From Candidatus Parcubacteria bacterium (GTDB lineage: Bacteria; Patescibacteriota; Minisyncoccia; Phycocordibacterales; UBA6065): a DNA stretch of 64,000 nucleotides. The stretch spans positions 31,365-95,364 of the forward strand of contig JBDKKJ010000002.1 in the NCBI GenBank assembly GCA_039796155.1, read 5' to 3'. Position numbers and translations under genes: made by a program. The notes below the pieces were generated by a model that was not told where the DNA came from, ran no database searches, and saw only the letters and a program-made list of their open reading frames with translations. Shown here in pieces: positions 30,781 through 39,149 of the stretch. Numbering within the stretch: position 1 is the first letter of the stretch; each line of letters opens with the position of its first letter.

Positions 30781-30854
30781 CACTACGGTGATCAAGCTCA
30801 ACCAATCGAGCATGCTTCTTAACGAAGCTCGCTCAAAACAGGGAAAGTAATACC

Positions 30855-31511
30855 ATGAATAACATATTCACAATGAGTCAGGGCGCCGGCCAAAAACTTG
30901 AATTCGCGTTCGAACGCAACGACGGAAACACGTCGGACTTGGACTGGCTGTCGACGGGTGAAAACCTCAAGTCGGTCATCCTGCTCGCGCGAGGCGAGGC
31001 GGAATTAACCGTTAAGGCCAAACCTGTCCCAACTCCTGAATCTAAGGTTGCGAGCGACACCATCATCCGTGTCGACCGCTCGGTCAAGCCAACCTATCCC
31101 GACTGGGTGAAGGAAGTCCTTCATCCTGATCTGGAAAAGTCCGGCCCGACCGAATATAGCATCGCCACAATCGACCAATGGCTCCACGAAGGCCAGAAGA
31201 ATGGCAAATGGACCACGGGCAACGTGATCTATGCAAACCTGAAGGACAACGATGAGGTAGCCCTCAAAACCTGTCTCGGACTGCGCGACCTTGAAGAAAT
31301 CCAAAAGAAAGGCATCGCCTTTTTCCGGAAATACTTCAAGGGCAAAGCAGTATTTGGATGGGCTGGTGCTGTGCGGAACCGTCGCGACGACCTGAGTGCC
31401 CCGTATCTCTGCGAGCGCGGTGACGAGGTTGTCCTCGGCTGGAGCTGGGCTGACGGCAGTTGGAGCGGCAACGTTCCAGCTCTCCGCCACGCAAGTAGTC
31501 CTCAAGCCTAA
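30855..31511 (+). CDS. DGR target protein with C-terminal variable region (C-type-lectin-like VR)
   Basis: 218 aa; last ~42 codons (VRNRRDDLSAPYLCERGDEVVLGWSWADGSWSGNVPALRHA) correspond to the VR matched by the downstream TR; markedly GC-rich relative to surroundings. Confidence 0.7.
   Translation: MNNIFTMSQGAGQKLEFAFERNDGNTSDLDWLSTGENLKSVILLARGEAELTVKAKPVPTPESKVASDTIIRVDRSVKPTYPDWVKEVLHPDLEKSGPTEYSIATIDQWLHEGQKNGKWTTGNVIYANLKDNDEVALKTCLGLRDLEEIQKKGIAFFRKYFKGKAVFGWAGAVRNRRDDLSAPYLCERGDEVVLGWSWADGSWSGNVPALRHASSPQA
31370..31494 (+). repeat. DGR variable region (VR)
   Basis: 125-bp near-repeat of 31892-32016; 18 mismatches, every one at a position where the TR has adenine. Confidence 0.8.
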
Positions 31512-31544
31512 GACACTGAGATTTAGCTCTTTGTACTTAGTTCT

Positions 31545-31585
31545 TAGCCCGGCGTCGCGCAAGCGATGTCCGGGCTAATTTTTTA
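31545..31585 (+). terminator. GC-rich hairpin with GCAA tetraloop plus T-run immediately downstream of VR (terminator / DGR-associated hairpin)
   Basis: tagcccggcgtcgc-GCAA-gcgatgtccgggcta followed by ttttttatt. Confidence 0.55.
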
Positions 31586-31891
31586 TTAAAATAATGAACG
31601 AAGTGAATATATTTTCATTATCCCCTTTGGGGATTTTTTATATATCGATATATAATAATTTCGGTAGTAGGCGAATCTGCCGGCGGTTACGGCTTCTGGC
31701 GGCCGAATCCAGTATCCATGCGCTGAGAGCGAAGGAGATTAAGATTTCTTTCGGAGGGCGCATGCAGACACTTCAAAAAATGAAGCTACTTGGTGCAGAA
31801 TGCTATGGCATTATGATGCCGAATACGATTCAACCCTGAGATCGGCGTGGGCCTTCAAGGGGTGGTGGCATGGAAAGCATTGTGCACGTAG

Positions 31892-32016
31892 TGTGCGGAA
31901 CCGTAACGACAACCTGAATGCCCCGTATCTCTACGAGAACGGTGACAAGGTTGTCCTCAACTGGAACTGGACTGACAACAATTGGAACGGCAACAATCCA
32001 GCTCTCCGCCACGCAA
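31892..32016 (+). repeat. DGR template repeat (TR)
   Basis: Adenine-rich (AAC codons) copy of VR; non-coding template; ORF-track entries overlapping it (31800..32114, 31918..32355) are shadow ORFs. Confidence 0.8.
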
Positions 32017-32021
32017 CTCGC

Positions 32022-32384
32022 TCATTTCTCTCTGGCTTTGGCTGGGGAGTTTTGTTTGACAAGTTGCCCACTCCATCCTCCGAGGTTTCGGCCAATCTCA
32101 TCAAGTTTCACTGAGAGCTCAATATACTTCTTGTCGTCGAGAGACTTAACTTCCCAAAGAATCATGAGTAAGACATTAAGTGCGTCGAGCTTGCGTATGG
32201 CCAGACGAACGTATGGATATTTTTCCTGGGACGATAGGAAACTGGCGGCGGCGATAGCCTCGATCGCTTCAATAAACAAAGAATCTATGCGATATCCAAA
32301 TGAGTATCTGTCTTGTTTCGGTATATCATTACAAAATCCATGCCACAACAAATAAGTCTCTTTGATTTTCCGCATGACGGGCAA
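32022..32384 (-). CDS. avd: Avd-like accessory variability determinant (four-helix-bundle family), encoded antisense to TR-RT
   Basis: 120 aa; …DRYSFGYRIDSLFIEAIEAIAAAS… and C-terminal EIGRNLGGWSGQLVKQ resemble Bordetella phage bAvd (…EVGRILGSWIARVNRK) from memory; basic C-terminus. Confidence 0.5.
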   Translation of the reverse strand: MPVMRKIKETYLLWHGFCNDIPKQDRYSFGYRIDSLFIEAIEAIAAASFLSSQEKYPYVRLAIRKLDALNVLLMILWEVKSLDDKKYIELSVKLDEIGRNLGGWSGQLVKQNSPAKAREK

Positions 32385-33417
32385 GATTCCGTTGGGGGGG
32401 GGTTCGCCTCAGGGTTCCGGCCACATCAAATGTATTCATACCTACAAGGATATCATTTCTCTTGAAAATCTACTTGAAGCATGGAAAGAATTTAGAAATG
32501 GCAAGCGCAAAAGGAGAGATGTTTTAGAATTCGAGAGGGACCTCATGCAAAACATCATTTCGCTTCATGATGACTTGGTCGCAAAATCTTATAGACACGC
32601 TCATTACAAAGCATTTAAAATAAACGATCCGAAGCCGAGAGATATCCATAAAGCCACGGTGCGTGACAGGTTGTTACATCATGCAATCTATAGGAAACTC
32701 TATCCATTTTTTGATAAAACATTTATTACCGATTCATATTCATGCAGGATGGGTAAGGGGACGCATAAAGCTCTCGACAGATTTAGAAATTTTGCAGGGA
32801 AAGTATCAAAAAATCATACACGTACAGCTTGGGTTCTCAAATGTGATATACGCAAGTTTTTCGCATCAATAGATCAAAAAATCCTGGTATCGATTCTTGA
32901 AAATTATATATCTGACAAGGATATTATTAATCTTTTTTCGCACATCATCAGTAGTTTCCATTCCACAGTGAAAAACGTTGGCCTTCCTCTTGGAAATCTT
33001 ACATCGCAGCTCCTAGTGAATATATACATGAACAGGTTCGATCGGTTCATGAAACACAAATTAAAAACAAAATATTATATCCGTTACGCTGATGATTTTG
33101 TTATCTTGTCTTGCGACAGGATGTATCTCAAAGGATTGATTTCGCTCATCTCGAATTTTTTGAAAGATAGCTTAAAATTGAGGTTACATCCTGATAAAGT
33201 GTTCATAAAGACGTCTGCTTCCGGTGTTGATTTTCTAGGGTGGGTACATTTTTCCAATCATCGAATATTAAGAACAAGTGCAAGGAAAAGAATGATGAGG
33301 AATATCAGGAAGAACTGTGGAAAATCTGAGTCCGTGCAGTCATATCTTGGACTCATACAACACGGCAATTCCTATAAACTTACAAAGGAAATAAGCAGCT
33401 TGACTGTCTTTTTATAG
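32362..33417 (+). CDS. DGR-type reverse transcriptase
   Basis: RT motifs including YADD (YIRYADDFVILS) and the DGR-diagnostic 'LPLGNLTSQLLVNIYMN' (SQ in place of group-II-intron QGxxxSP); 351 aa; directly downstream of TR. Confidence 0.85.
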   Translation: MIFRMTGKIPLGGGSPQGSGHIKCIHTYKDIISLENLLEAWKEFRNGKRKRRDVLEFERDLMQNIISLHDDLVAKSYRHAHYKAFKINDPKPRDIHKATVRDRLLHHAIYRKLYPFFDKTFITDSYSCRMGKGTHKALDRFRNFAGKVSKNHTRTAWVLKCDIRKFFASIDQKILVSILENYISDKDIINLFSHIISSFHSTVKNVGLPLGNLTSQLLVNIYMNRFDRFMKHKLKTKYYIRYADDFVILSCDRMYLKGLISLISNFLKDSLKLRLHPDKVFIKTSASGVDFLGWVHFSNHRILRTSARKRMMRNIRKNCGKSESVQSYLGLIQHGNSYKLTKEISSLTVFL

Positions 33418-33672
33418 TGTCCACTCTGTCCACTTTCCCTGTAAATGAGACACTGTCAAAATATGGCATAGGAGTGTCTCATTTGTCTCATTCACACGAA
33501 TATTAGCCCTATTACGGCACAAATGTGACAGTCATAAGACACGTATAAAAGTGTCGGATTTGTCGGATTTTGACCCGACCGACTTGCTTCATCGCCCAGA
33601 GCCGAGCATAATCCAAAGTATCCTTATGAAGTCTCACTTTACAATTTCCGAGACCGATTCGGGGGACAGATA

Positions 33673-33702
33673 CAAAAACCACAGAGAGATCTGTGGTTTT
33701 TG
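33673..33702. terminator. bidirectional terminator between RT and BI-1 genes
   Basis: Hairpin ccacagagagatctgtgg flanked by A-run and T-run. Confidence 0.55.
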
Positions 33703-33719
33703 ATTTCTAGGATGTTTTT

Positions 33720-34409
33720 CTATCTTCTTTTACCAAAAATTCTCAGTAGTTTAAGGAATAGGTTTATAAAATCAAGGTAAAGGCTAAGGGCCCCCATAAT
33801 TGATTCTTTTTTATCCTGATCAGAAGCCGCGTTGCCTATAACATTATAATTTTTAATTTTCTGAACATCGTATGCAATAAGCGCGGTGAAAATAAGTATT
33901 CCAACGTATGTAATAACCCAATCGAGCCGCGGATTATTGAGAAACATATTAGCGATAGAGGCGAGTATAATTCCCCAAAGTCCCATAAGTGCAATGTTGC
34001 CGGTTGAAGTTAGATCTCTTTTTGTAACGTACCCATAAAGACTCATACCACCAAACATTCCCGCAGTAATCAAAAATGTTGTACCGATAGATGAGAGGGT
34101 GTAGACGAGGAATATGACCGAGAACGTAATCCCGTTTAAGATTGCATAGAGAACAAAAACGATCGCGGCCTGTGTGCTGGTTATGTGAGTAATTGCCTTT
34201 GAGAGATAGATCACGGCACCAAGTTCCAAGAGAATCAGGATGAAAAAAGTGATTTGGTTACCAATGAATATATTCACTAAAGACTGATTGCTAAAGACAA
34301 TAAACGAGGTAATAGCTGTAACTGAGAGACCAGCAAACATCCAGAGATAGACTCTGTTTATAAAGCTTACGGTTTCGAGTTTAGCCGATTCAACAGTAAC
34401 TTCATTCAT
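33720..34409 (-). CDS. Bax inhibitor-1/YccA family membrane protein
   Basis: 7 TM, conserved C-terminal …LDWVITYVGILIFTALIAYDVQKI… motif; 229 aa. Confidence 0.7.
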   Translation of the reverse strand: MNEVTVESAKLETVSFINRVYLWMFAGLSVTAITSFIVFSNQSLVNIFIGNQITFFILILLELGAVIYLSKAITHITSTQAAIVFVLYAILNGITFSVIFLVYTLSSIGTTFLITAGMFGGMSLYGYVTKRDLTSTGNIALMGLWGIILASIANMFLNNPRLDWVITYVGILIFTALIAYDVQKIKNYNVIGNAASDQDKKESIMGALSLYLDFINLFLKLLRIFGKRR

Positions 34410-34488
34410 TGTTGTGGTGTGAATTGATTAATACTCTAAGTATATATCACTCCTAGCAACCTGATTATGGTTGTTGTAAGGTACGTAT

Positions 34489-34965
34489 ATGGCACGACAA
34501 ACCTATTTACTCCTCCACGATATCCGTTCCGTCTACAATGTCGGCGCTATTTTTCGTACTGCTGATGCTGTGGGTGTAACAAAAATATATCTCACTGGGT
34601 ATACACCAACCCCTGTTGATCGTTTCAATCAACCGCGTCCAGATTTTGCTAAATGCGCTCTCGGTTCTGAAAAAACTGTTGCTTGGGAATATGCGAAATC
34701 ACCAACAGCACTCATCACTCGGCTCAAAAAAGAGGGGATTCAGGTAATTGCTGTAGAGCAAAGCAAAACATCTATTGATTATAAAAAAGTAAAACCAGCA
34801 CAGAAAACTCTGGTGGTACTAGGTAATGAGGTGACAGGTGTTTCAAAATCTATACTTAAAAAATCAGATATCATCGCAGAAATACCTATGCGGGGCATGA
34901 AGGAATCGCTCAATGTGTCGGTGTCTGCGGGAATAGTACTCTTTAGACTTTTTGATAAAGCCTAG
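34489..34965 (+). CDS. SpoU/TrmH family RNA 2'-O-methyltransferase
   Basis: …LLHDIRSVYNVGAIFRTADAVGV… and C-terminal SPOUT knot motifs; 158 aa. Confidence 0.7.
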   Translation: MARQTYLLLHDIRSVYNVGAIFRTADAVGVTKIYLTGYTPTPVDRFNQPRPDFAKCALGSEKTVAWEYAKSPTALITRLKKEGIQVIAVEQSKTSIDYKKVKPAQKTLVVLGNEVTGVSKSILKKSDIIAEIPMRGMKESLNVSVSAGIVLFRLFDKA

Positions 34966-35927
34966 TAGCTCAGAGCGTCGATAGTGTTTCCTTTGTTATC
35001 AAGGAGGCGAATAATCTCGGCGCTATTTTTCCAAATTCCTGTCGACTGATCAAGGAAGAGTCTCCATTCGTCTTTGTAAAAATCAGCATCAGTTTTATGG
35101 GCGATAGCACACGTGTTGTAGTTGAGTTTTTCACTTACGAAAACTTTACACGCACTTGAAATATCTGAAGGAAACTTTCCTTGATAGATGCGGCAACGGG
35201 GAAGGGTCTGTACAAATGCCACACAAGCACTTTCACCAGCGAGTGTTGTGTTTGCGATTTCTTCGCTCGGGCTTGGACATTCCTTTCTGAGTGCTGGTGT
35301 ATATGTCTGGAATTGACCAAGGTAACCGGTACACATATTTACACGGAATGAAGTTCCAACAGGTGACCTACCTGAAGTTACAATTGCGCGTGCGTTAGGC
35401 GTAAGGGATACAGGGGTTTTAAGGGCGGTTACGCCAAGGGTAAGAAACTCAACCGCTTTTGGAAGGGGTGTGTCTGCTTTTGTGGCTGTTCCACGGAGCG
35501 TTGTGCTTGCGAGCGATACTGATCCTTTGGCATACTCGTTAGCAATAATACGAATATATTCTTCACCAGGATCACTGTTTCGCACACCGGCAAGTCCATC
35601 AAAAGATAATTTTTTTGCGAGGATTGAACTAATTTCAACCTTCTCGGAATTTTTTGCAGGAGCAAAAAATCCTTCGATTGTTGATGTGGTGCCTTTTAGA
35701 AAAATAGTGGGCGCTTCAGGAAGATCAAGTTTGGTTTTTCCGTTACCATCAGAACCAGCGTATGCATTTCCATATGCTTGTCCACTGTTGAGTGGAGCGG
35801 GGGGTTTAAGAAAAACGCCGTCGTGAGCAATTTGTCGCTCTGCACCACCGGTAAAGAACCAGATAAAAGCCAGGCCAACGAGACCCCATATAAACCAACC
35901 GAACTCATCATGTAGTGCTTTAAACAT
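34962..35927 (-). CDS. membrane-anchored hypothetical protein
   Basis: N-terminal TM (FIWGLVGLAFIWFF) then 280-aa ectodomain with 6 Cys. Confidence 0.4.
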   Translation of the reverse strand: MFKALHDEFGWFIWGLVGLAFIWFFTGGAERQIAHDGVFLKPPAPLNSGQAYGNAYAGSDGNGKTKLDLPEAPTIFLKGTTSTIEGFFAPAKNSEKVEISSILAKKLSFDGLAGVRNSDPGEEYIRIIANEYAKGSVSLASTTLRGTATKADTPLPKAVEFLTLGVTALKTPVSLTPNARAIVTSGRSPVGTSFRVNMCTGYLGQFQTYTPALRKECPSPSEEIANTTLAGESACVAFVQTLPRCRIYQGKFPSDISSACKVFVSEKLNYNTCAIAHKTDADFYKDEWRLFLDQSTGIWKNSAEIIRLLDNKGNTIDALSY

Positions 35928-35970
35928 AGGTACTGTTAAGTATTGAGCAGACTGGCCAAAGTATCAAGCT

Positions 35971-36909
35971 CTACTTCTTTATAGGCTTCTGATGCGTACC
36001 GCAGAAGTGCGCGCTTCTTCCGCCCATTTTAAGGCGAATAATCTTTCCTTTGCAGCCTGGTTTTGAACATTTCTCACCAGTTTTTCTGTAGGCATTATGC
36101 TTGTTCTGGAACTCTCCACGTTCACCTTTGATGTTTCGGTAGTCAGACATGGAATCACCGCCGAAATCAATTCCTTTGTTGAGGACATCCTTTGTTACTT
36201 TCAACAAGGCAGGCCATTTTGGTTCGGGAATGTTTTTAACTTTCTCTAAAGGATGAATTCCAGTGAGCCACAGTATTTCATCAGAATAAATATTTCCAAT
36301 TCCGGAAACAATTTCTGGATTCATAAGAACAAGTTTAATGGGACCGTTGGGCTTTTTGAGGACAGCTTCTTTAAATTCTTTTACACCAAAAGAATCTTCG
36401 AGCGGTTCTGGACCATGTGAAGAAAGGTGAGGGGAGGTGTGGAGCTCTGTGCTTTTAATGAGTGTTACTTTTGCGAATTTACGCATATCTGACATCACCA
36501 TATGGGTTTCGTTCGTAAATGCGAGTACGAAATGAACGAATCGATTAAAAGAATCGTTGAGTGCTTTGTTTGTCGGATCAGCAGGTCTCCATGTTTCTCC
36601 CTGAGCATCTTTGTGCGGGAGTTTTTTATATGCGCCATGCATAACATGTCCCGTCATCTTCATGTGAATGAGAATCGTCTTTCCGTTTGAGAGATGGATC
36701 AAGACGTTTTTTCCACGACGTGAAGCGTTTACGATTTTTGCGCCAGTAACTTCTTTTTTAAAGTACGTAAAATAAACAGTGTCTTTGATATTATCCGCAC
36801 CTTTATGCGAAGCACTGTTATAACCACTCCACGCATCAGAAATAGTGAGTCCTTTAAGATATTCATTTATACCGTTAACGGTAGTCTGTACTTCAGGTAG
36901 TTCGGGCAT
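35971..36909 (-). CDS. mutM: formamidopyrimidine-DNA glycosylase (Fpg/Nei family)
   Basis: N-terminal MPELPEV, H2TH region, C-terminal zinc finger CSKPGCKGKI…CGTHQ. Confidence 0.8.
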   Translation of the reverse strand: MPELPEVQTTVNGINEYLKGLTISDAWSGYNSASHKGADNIKDTVYFTYFKKEVTGAKIVNASRRGKNVLIHLSNGKTILIHMKMTGHVMHGAYKKLPHKDAQGETWRPADPTNKALNDSFNRFVHFVLAFTNETHMVMSDMRKFAKVTLIKSTELHTSPHLSSHGPEPLEDSFGVKEFKEAVLKKPNGPIKLVLMNPEIVSGIGNIYSDEILWLTGIHPLEKVKNIPEPKWPALLKVTKDVLNKGIDFGGDSMSDYRNIKGERGEFQNKHNAYRKTGEKCSKPGCKGKIIRLKMGGRSAHFCGTHQKPIKK

Positions 36910-36918
36910 GCCGAAAGA

Positions 36919-38190
36919 CTACGCTTGATTTTGCAATTTGAGAAGTTCCTCACGTGCCACCTCAGCGTCACTCCACGGTATTTTGCTGTTGTTTGGACCC
37001 ATAATAAAAGGGTCGGTACCTTTACCTGTAATCAATACAGAGTCACCTGTCTGGGCAAGGGAGAGGGCGGTAGCAATAGCTTCACGGCGATCCATGATGA
37101 CACGCGGAGTCTTCTTTGTGAGAGCACCGGCCATGTCGGTCACAATCTGCTCCGGGTCATCGTCGTACGGATCTTCGTTGGTGAGAATAATTTCATCGCA
37201 TTCGTTTTCTGCAATGAGTGCCATCTCATCGCGCTTCCAAATGTCACGACCACCACCTGTATTTCCTAGGACGCAGATACGGCGGGTTCCTTTGAACACG
37301 TTGTAGAGTTTCTGTAGTGAGTCAGGTGTGTGCGCATAATCAACAACGACAGTAAAGTTCTGACCGGCCTCAATTTTTTGTACACGTCCACGAATCATTT
37401 CTATTTTCTCAATAGCGTTTCGAGCTACTTCAACAGTCACACCCTGTGATTTGGTATAGGTAATAGCGGCGAGTTCATTGTAGATATTGAACTCTCCTGA
37501 AAGAGGAGATTTGATGAGCACACCACCAACGGTCATAGCGAAACCTTCTTTGAAAAGATTGAATGGTTTTGCATCCGCGAGTGTATAAGTGAGCTTTTCA
37601 GTAAAGTTCGGAGCGAGGAATTTTGCAGACTCTACATCATCAGCGTTTGCAACAATGATGCGACGAGCTTTCTTTGAGCCGGCTATAGCGCGGGCGATAC
37701 CTAGCTTTGCCTCAAGATAATTTTCATACGAACCATGCGCCTCAATGTGTTCAGGTGCCATATTGGTAAAGATGAGAGCGTCAAAATCTATGAACTTGTG
37801 GCGTTTCATGAGAGCTCCTTGTGAGGTTGCCTCCATAACCACGTAATCACATTTTGCTTTGACCGCATCACGTAAAAACTTTTGCATAAAGAAACGACCA
37901 GGCATCGACATTTTATAAAGATTGTCTTTAGAGACGGTGTCGACTTTAAATCGAATGGTGTTTGAGAGAGCGGTGCGGTAGCCAGCTTCTTCCAAAATTG
38001 CATTAGTGATTTCACTGACTGATGTTTTTCCTTTAGTACCCGTGACAGCGACTATCTTTATAGAGCGAGAAGGGAATCGATATACAAGAGCGCCCAACAA
38101 AGCCATACCAAAGTGGTATGCAGGCTGAGCAAAGCTAAAAAGAGAAGCAGGAATTATCTTTCGGATGTGGTAGAGGATGGTATCAATCAT
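36919..38190 (-). CDS. Mur ligase family protein (MurE/MurT-like)
   Basis: ATP-binding loop AVTGTKGKTS, Mur ligase central and C-terminal domain pattern; 423 aa; exact specificity undetermined. Confidence 0.6.
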   Translation of the reverse strand: MIDTILYHIRKIIPASLFSFAQPAYHFGMALLGALVYRFPSRSIKIVAVTGTKGKTSVSEITNAILEEAGYRTALSNTIRFKVDTVSKDNLYKMSMPGRFFMQKFLRDAVKAKCDYVVMEATSQGALMKRHKFIDFDALIFTNMAPEHIEAHGSYENYLEAKLGIARAIAGSKKARRIIVANADDVESAKFLAPNFTEKLTYTLADAKPFNLFKEGFAMTVGGVLIKSPLSGEFNIYNELAAITYTKSQGVTVEVARNAIEKIEMIRGRVQKIEAGQNFTVVVDYAHTPDSLQKLYNVFKGTRRICVLGNTGGGRDIWKRDEMALIAENECDEIILTNEDPYDDDPEQIVTDMAGALTKKTPRVIMDRREAIATALSLAQTGDSVLITGKGTDPFIMGPNNSKIPWSDAEVAREELLKLQNQA

Positions 38191-38191
38191 A

Positions 38192-38761
38192 TTATTTTCC
38201 TAACATTTTAAGAGCCTTCTTTACACGTTCACCGGTATCAGTAATAGAAGGGTCAATTTCTTTGAGTGCTTCACGAGCGTCATTGTGTTTATACCCCAAA
38301 GCCTTGAGCGCTTCAAGTGCATCAACTTCGTCACGGAGTGAAATACCCGAATCAGCCTCTGCCTCAAATTTACCTTTGAGTTCATGAACAATCTTTTCTG
38401 CCATCTTCTTTCCGATGCCAGAGACTTTAGTGAGGTGCGACGTGTCGCCGGTCGAAACTGCTTTACGAATATTTGAAACAGAAGATACGTTTAAAATTCC
38501 AAGAGCGGTCTTTGGACCAACGCCAGAAACTGACGATATAAGGAGTTCAAAGAAGTAGAGATCTTCTTTAATAGGGAAGCCGTAAAGTGTTTGTGAGTCT
38601 TCACGTACAGCAAGGTGAGTCCAGAGCGACGCTTCTTTACCTTCCTTTAATCCTTCAATAGTAGGAATAGTGCCGAAGACTTTATAGCCAACACCTGAAA
38701 CGTCTATAACAACGGAACGTTCCTCTTTATCTATAATAGTGCCCCGTAGGTGTGTAATCAT
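38192..38761 (-). CDS. ruvA: Holliday junction DNA helicase RuvA
   Basis: MITHLRGTIIDKEERSVVIDVSGVGYKV… OB-fold N-terminus, HhH motifs; internal ATG preferred over 38788. Confidence 0.8.
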   Translation of the reverse strand: MITHLRGTIIDKEERSVVIDVSGVGYKVFGTIPTIEGLKEGKEASLWTHLAVREDSQTLYGFPIKEDLYFFELLISSVSGVGPKTALGILNVSSVSNIRKAVSTGDTSHLTKVSGIGKKMAEKIVHELKGKFEAEADSGISLRDEVDALEALKALGYKHNDAREALKEIDPSITDTGERVKKALKMLGK

Positions 38762-38851
38762 GGCTTTATCATAGAACACAATAGCCAAACGCCCAAGGTA
38801 CGGCTTAAAACTTGCAAAGTTCTCGTCTTCCTGTTAATGTAATCGCCACAT

Positions 38852-39115
38852 ATGCCAATCACATCAAGCGCAAAAAAAGCTCTCCGAGCATCAAAGCACA
38901 AGCGAGTATTTAATATTCGACACCGCGATGCAGTTTCTGAAGTAACCAAGCAGGTTAAGAAACTCGCAAAGGAAGGTAAGAAGGCAGAAGCAATGAAGCT
39001 CCTCCCTCAGGCTTACAGCGAGATCGACAAGTCTGCAAAGACTGGTTTCATCAAAGCAAACACTGCTTCACGAACAAAGTCTCGACTCTCAGCTCTCGTA
39101 AAGAAGGTAAAATAA
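38852..39115 (+). CDS. rpsT: 30S ribosomal protein S20
   Basis: 87-aa basic helical protein MPITSSAKKALRASKHKR…. Confidence 0.85.
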   Translation: MPITSSAKKALRASKHKRVFNIRHRDAVSEVTKQVKKLAKEGKKAEAMKLLPQAYSEIDKSAKTGFIKANTASRTKSRLSALVKKVK

Positions 39116-39143
39116 CAAAAAATCCCCGAAAGGGGATTTTTTG
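39116..39143. terminator. bidirectional rho-independent terminator
   Basis: Hairpin aatccccgaaaggggatt plus T-run. Confidence 0.65.
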
Positions 39144-39149
39144 TTGAGA

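Larger units (their letters stand above)
27583..33720. mobile_element. putative tRNA-Lys-associated integrative element carrying a serine recombinase, an AlbA_2-domain gene and a DGR (boundaries uncertain)
   Basis: Begins at the 3' side of tRNA-Lys; contains a large serine recombinase, GC-anomalous cargo and a retroelement; flanked by housekeeping genes (holA-like / BI-1). Confidence 0.4.

Noticed and set aside
30756-30821. 21-codon upstream ORF (MRLPGYDYHYGDQAQPIEHAS) in the target-gene leader
   Set aside because: Too short and without an RBS-like signal to call. It overlaps the inverted repeat and is mentioned only as context.
31800-32355. ORF-track CDSs 31800..32114 (+) and 31918..32355 (+) overlapping the template repeat
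   Set aside because: The first is simply the TR read in the VR reading frame (Asn-rich because of AAC codons). The second is an overlapping shadow frame. TR is a non-coding template in DGRs, and the Avd-like ORF on the opposite strand explains the region better.
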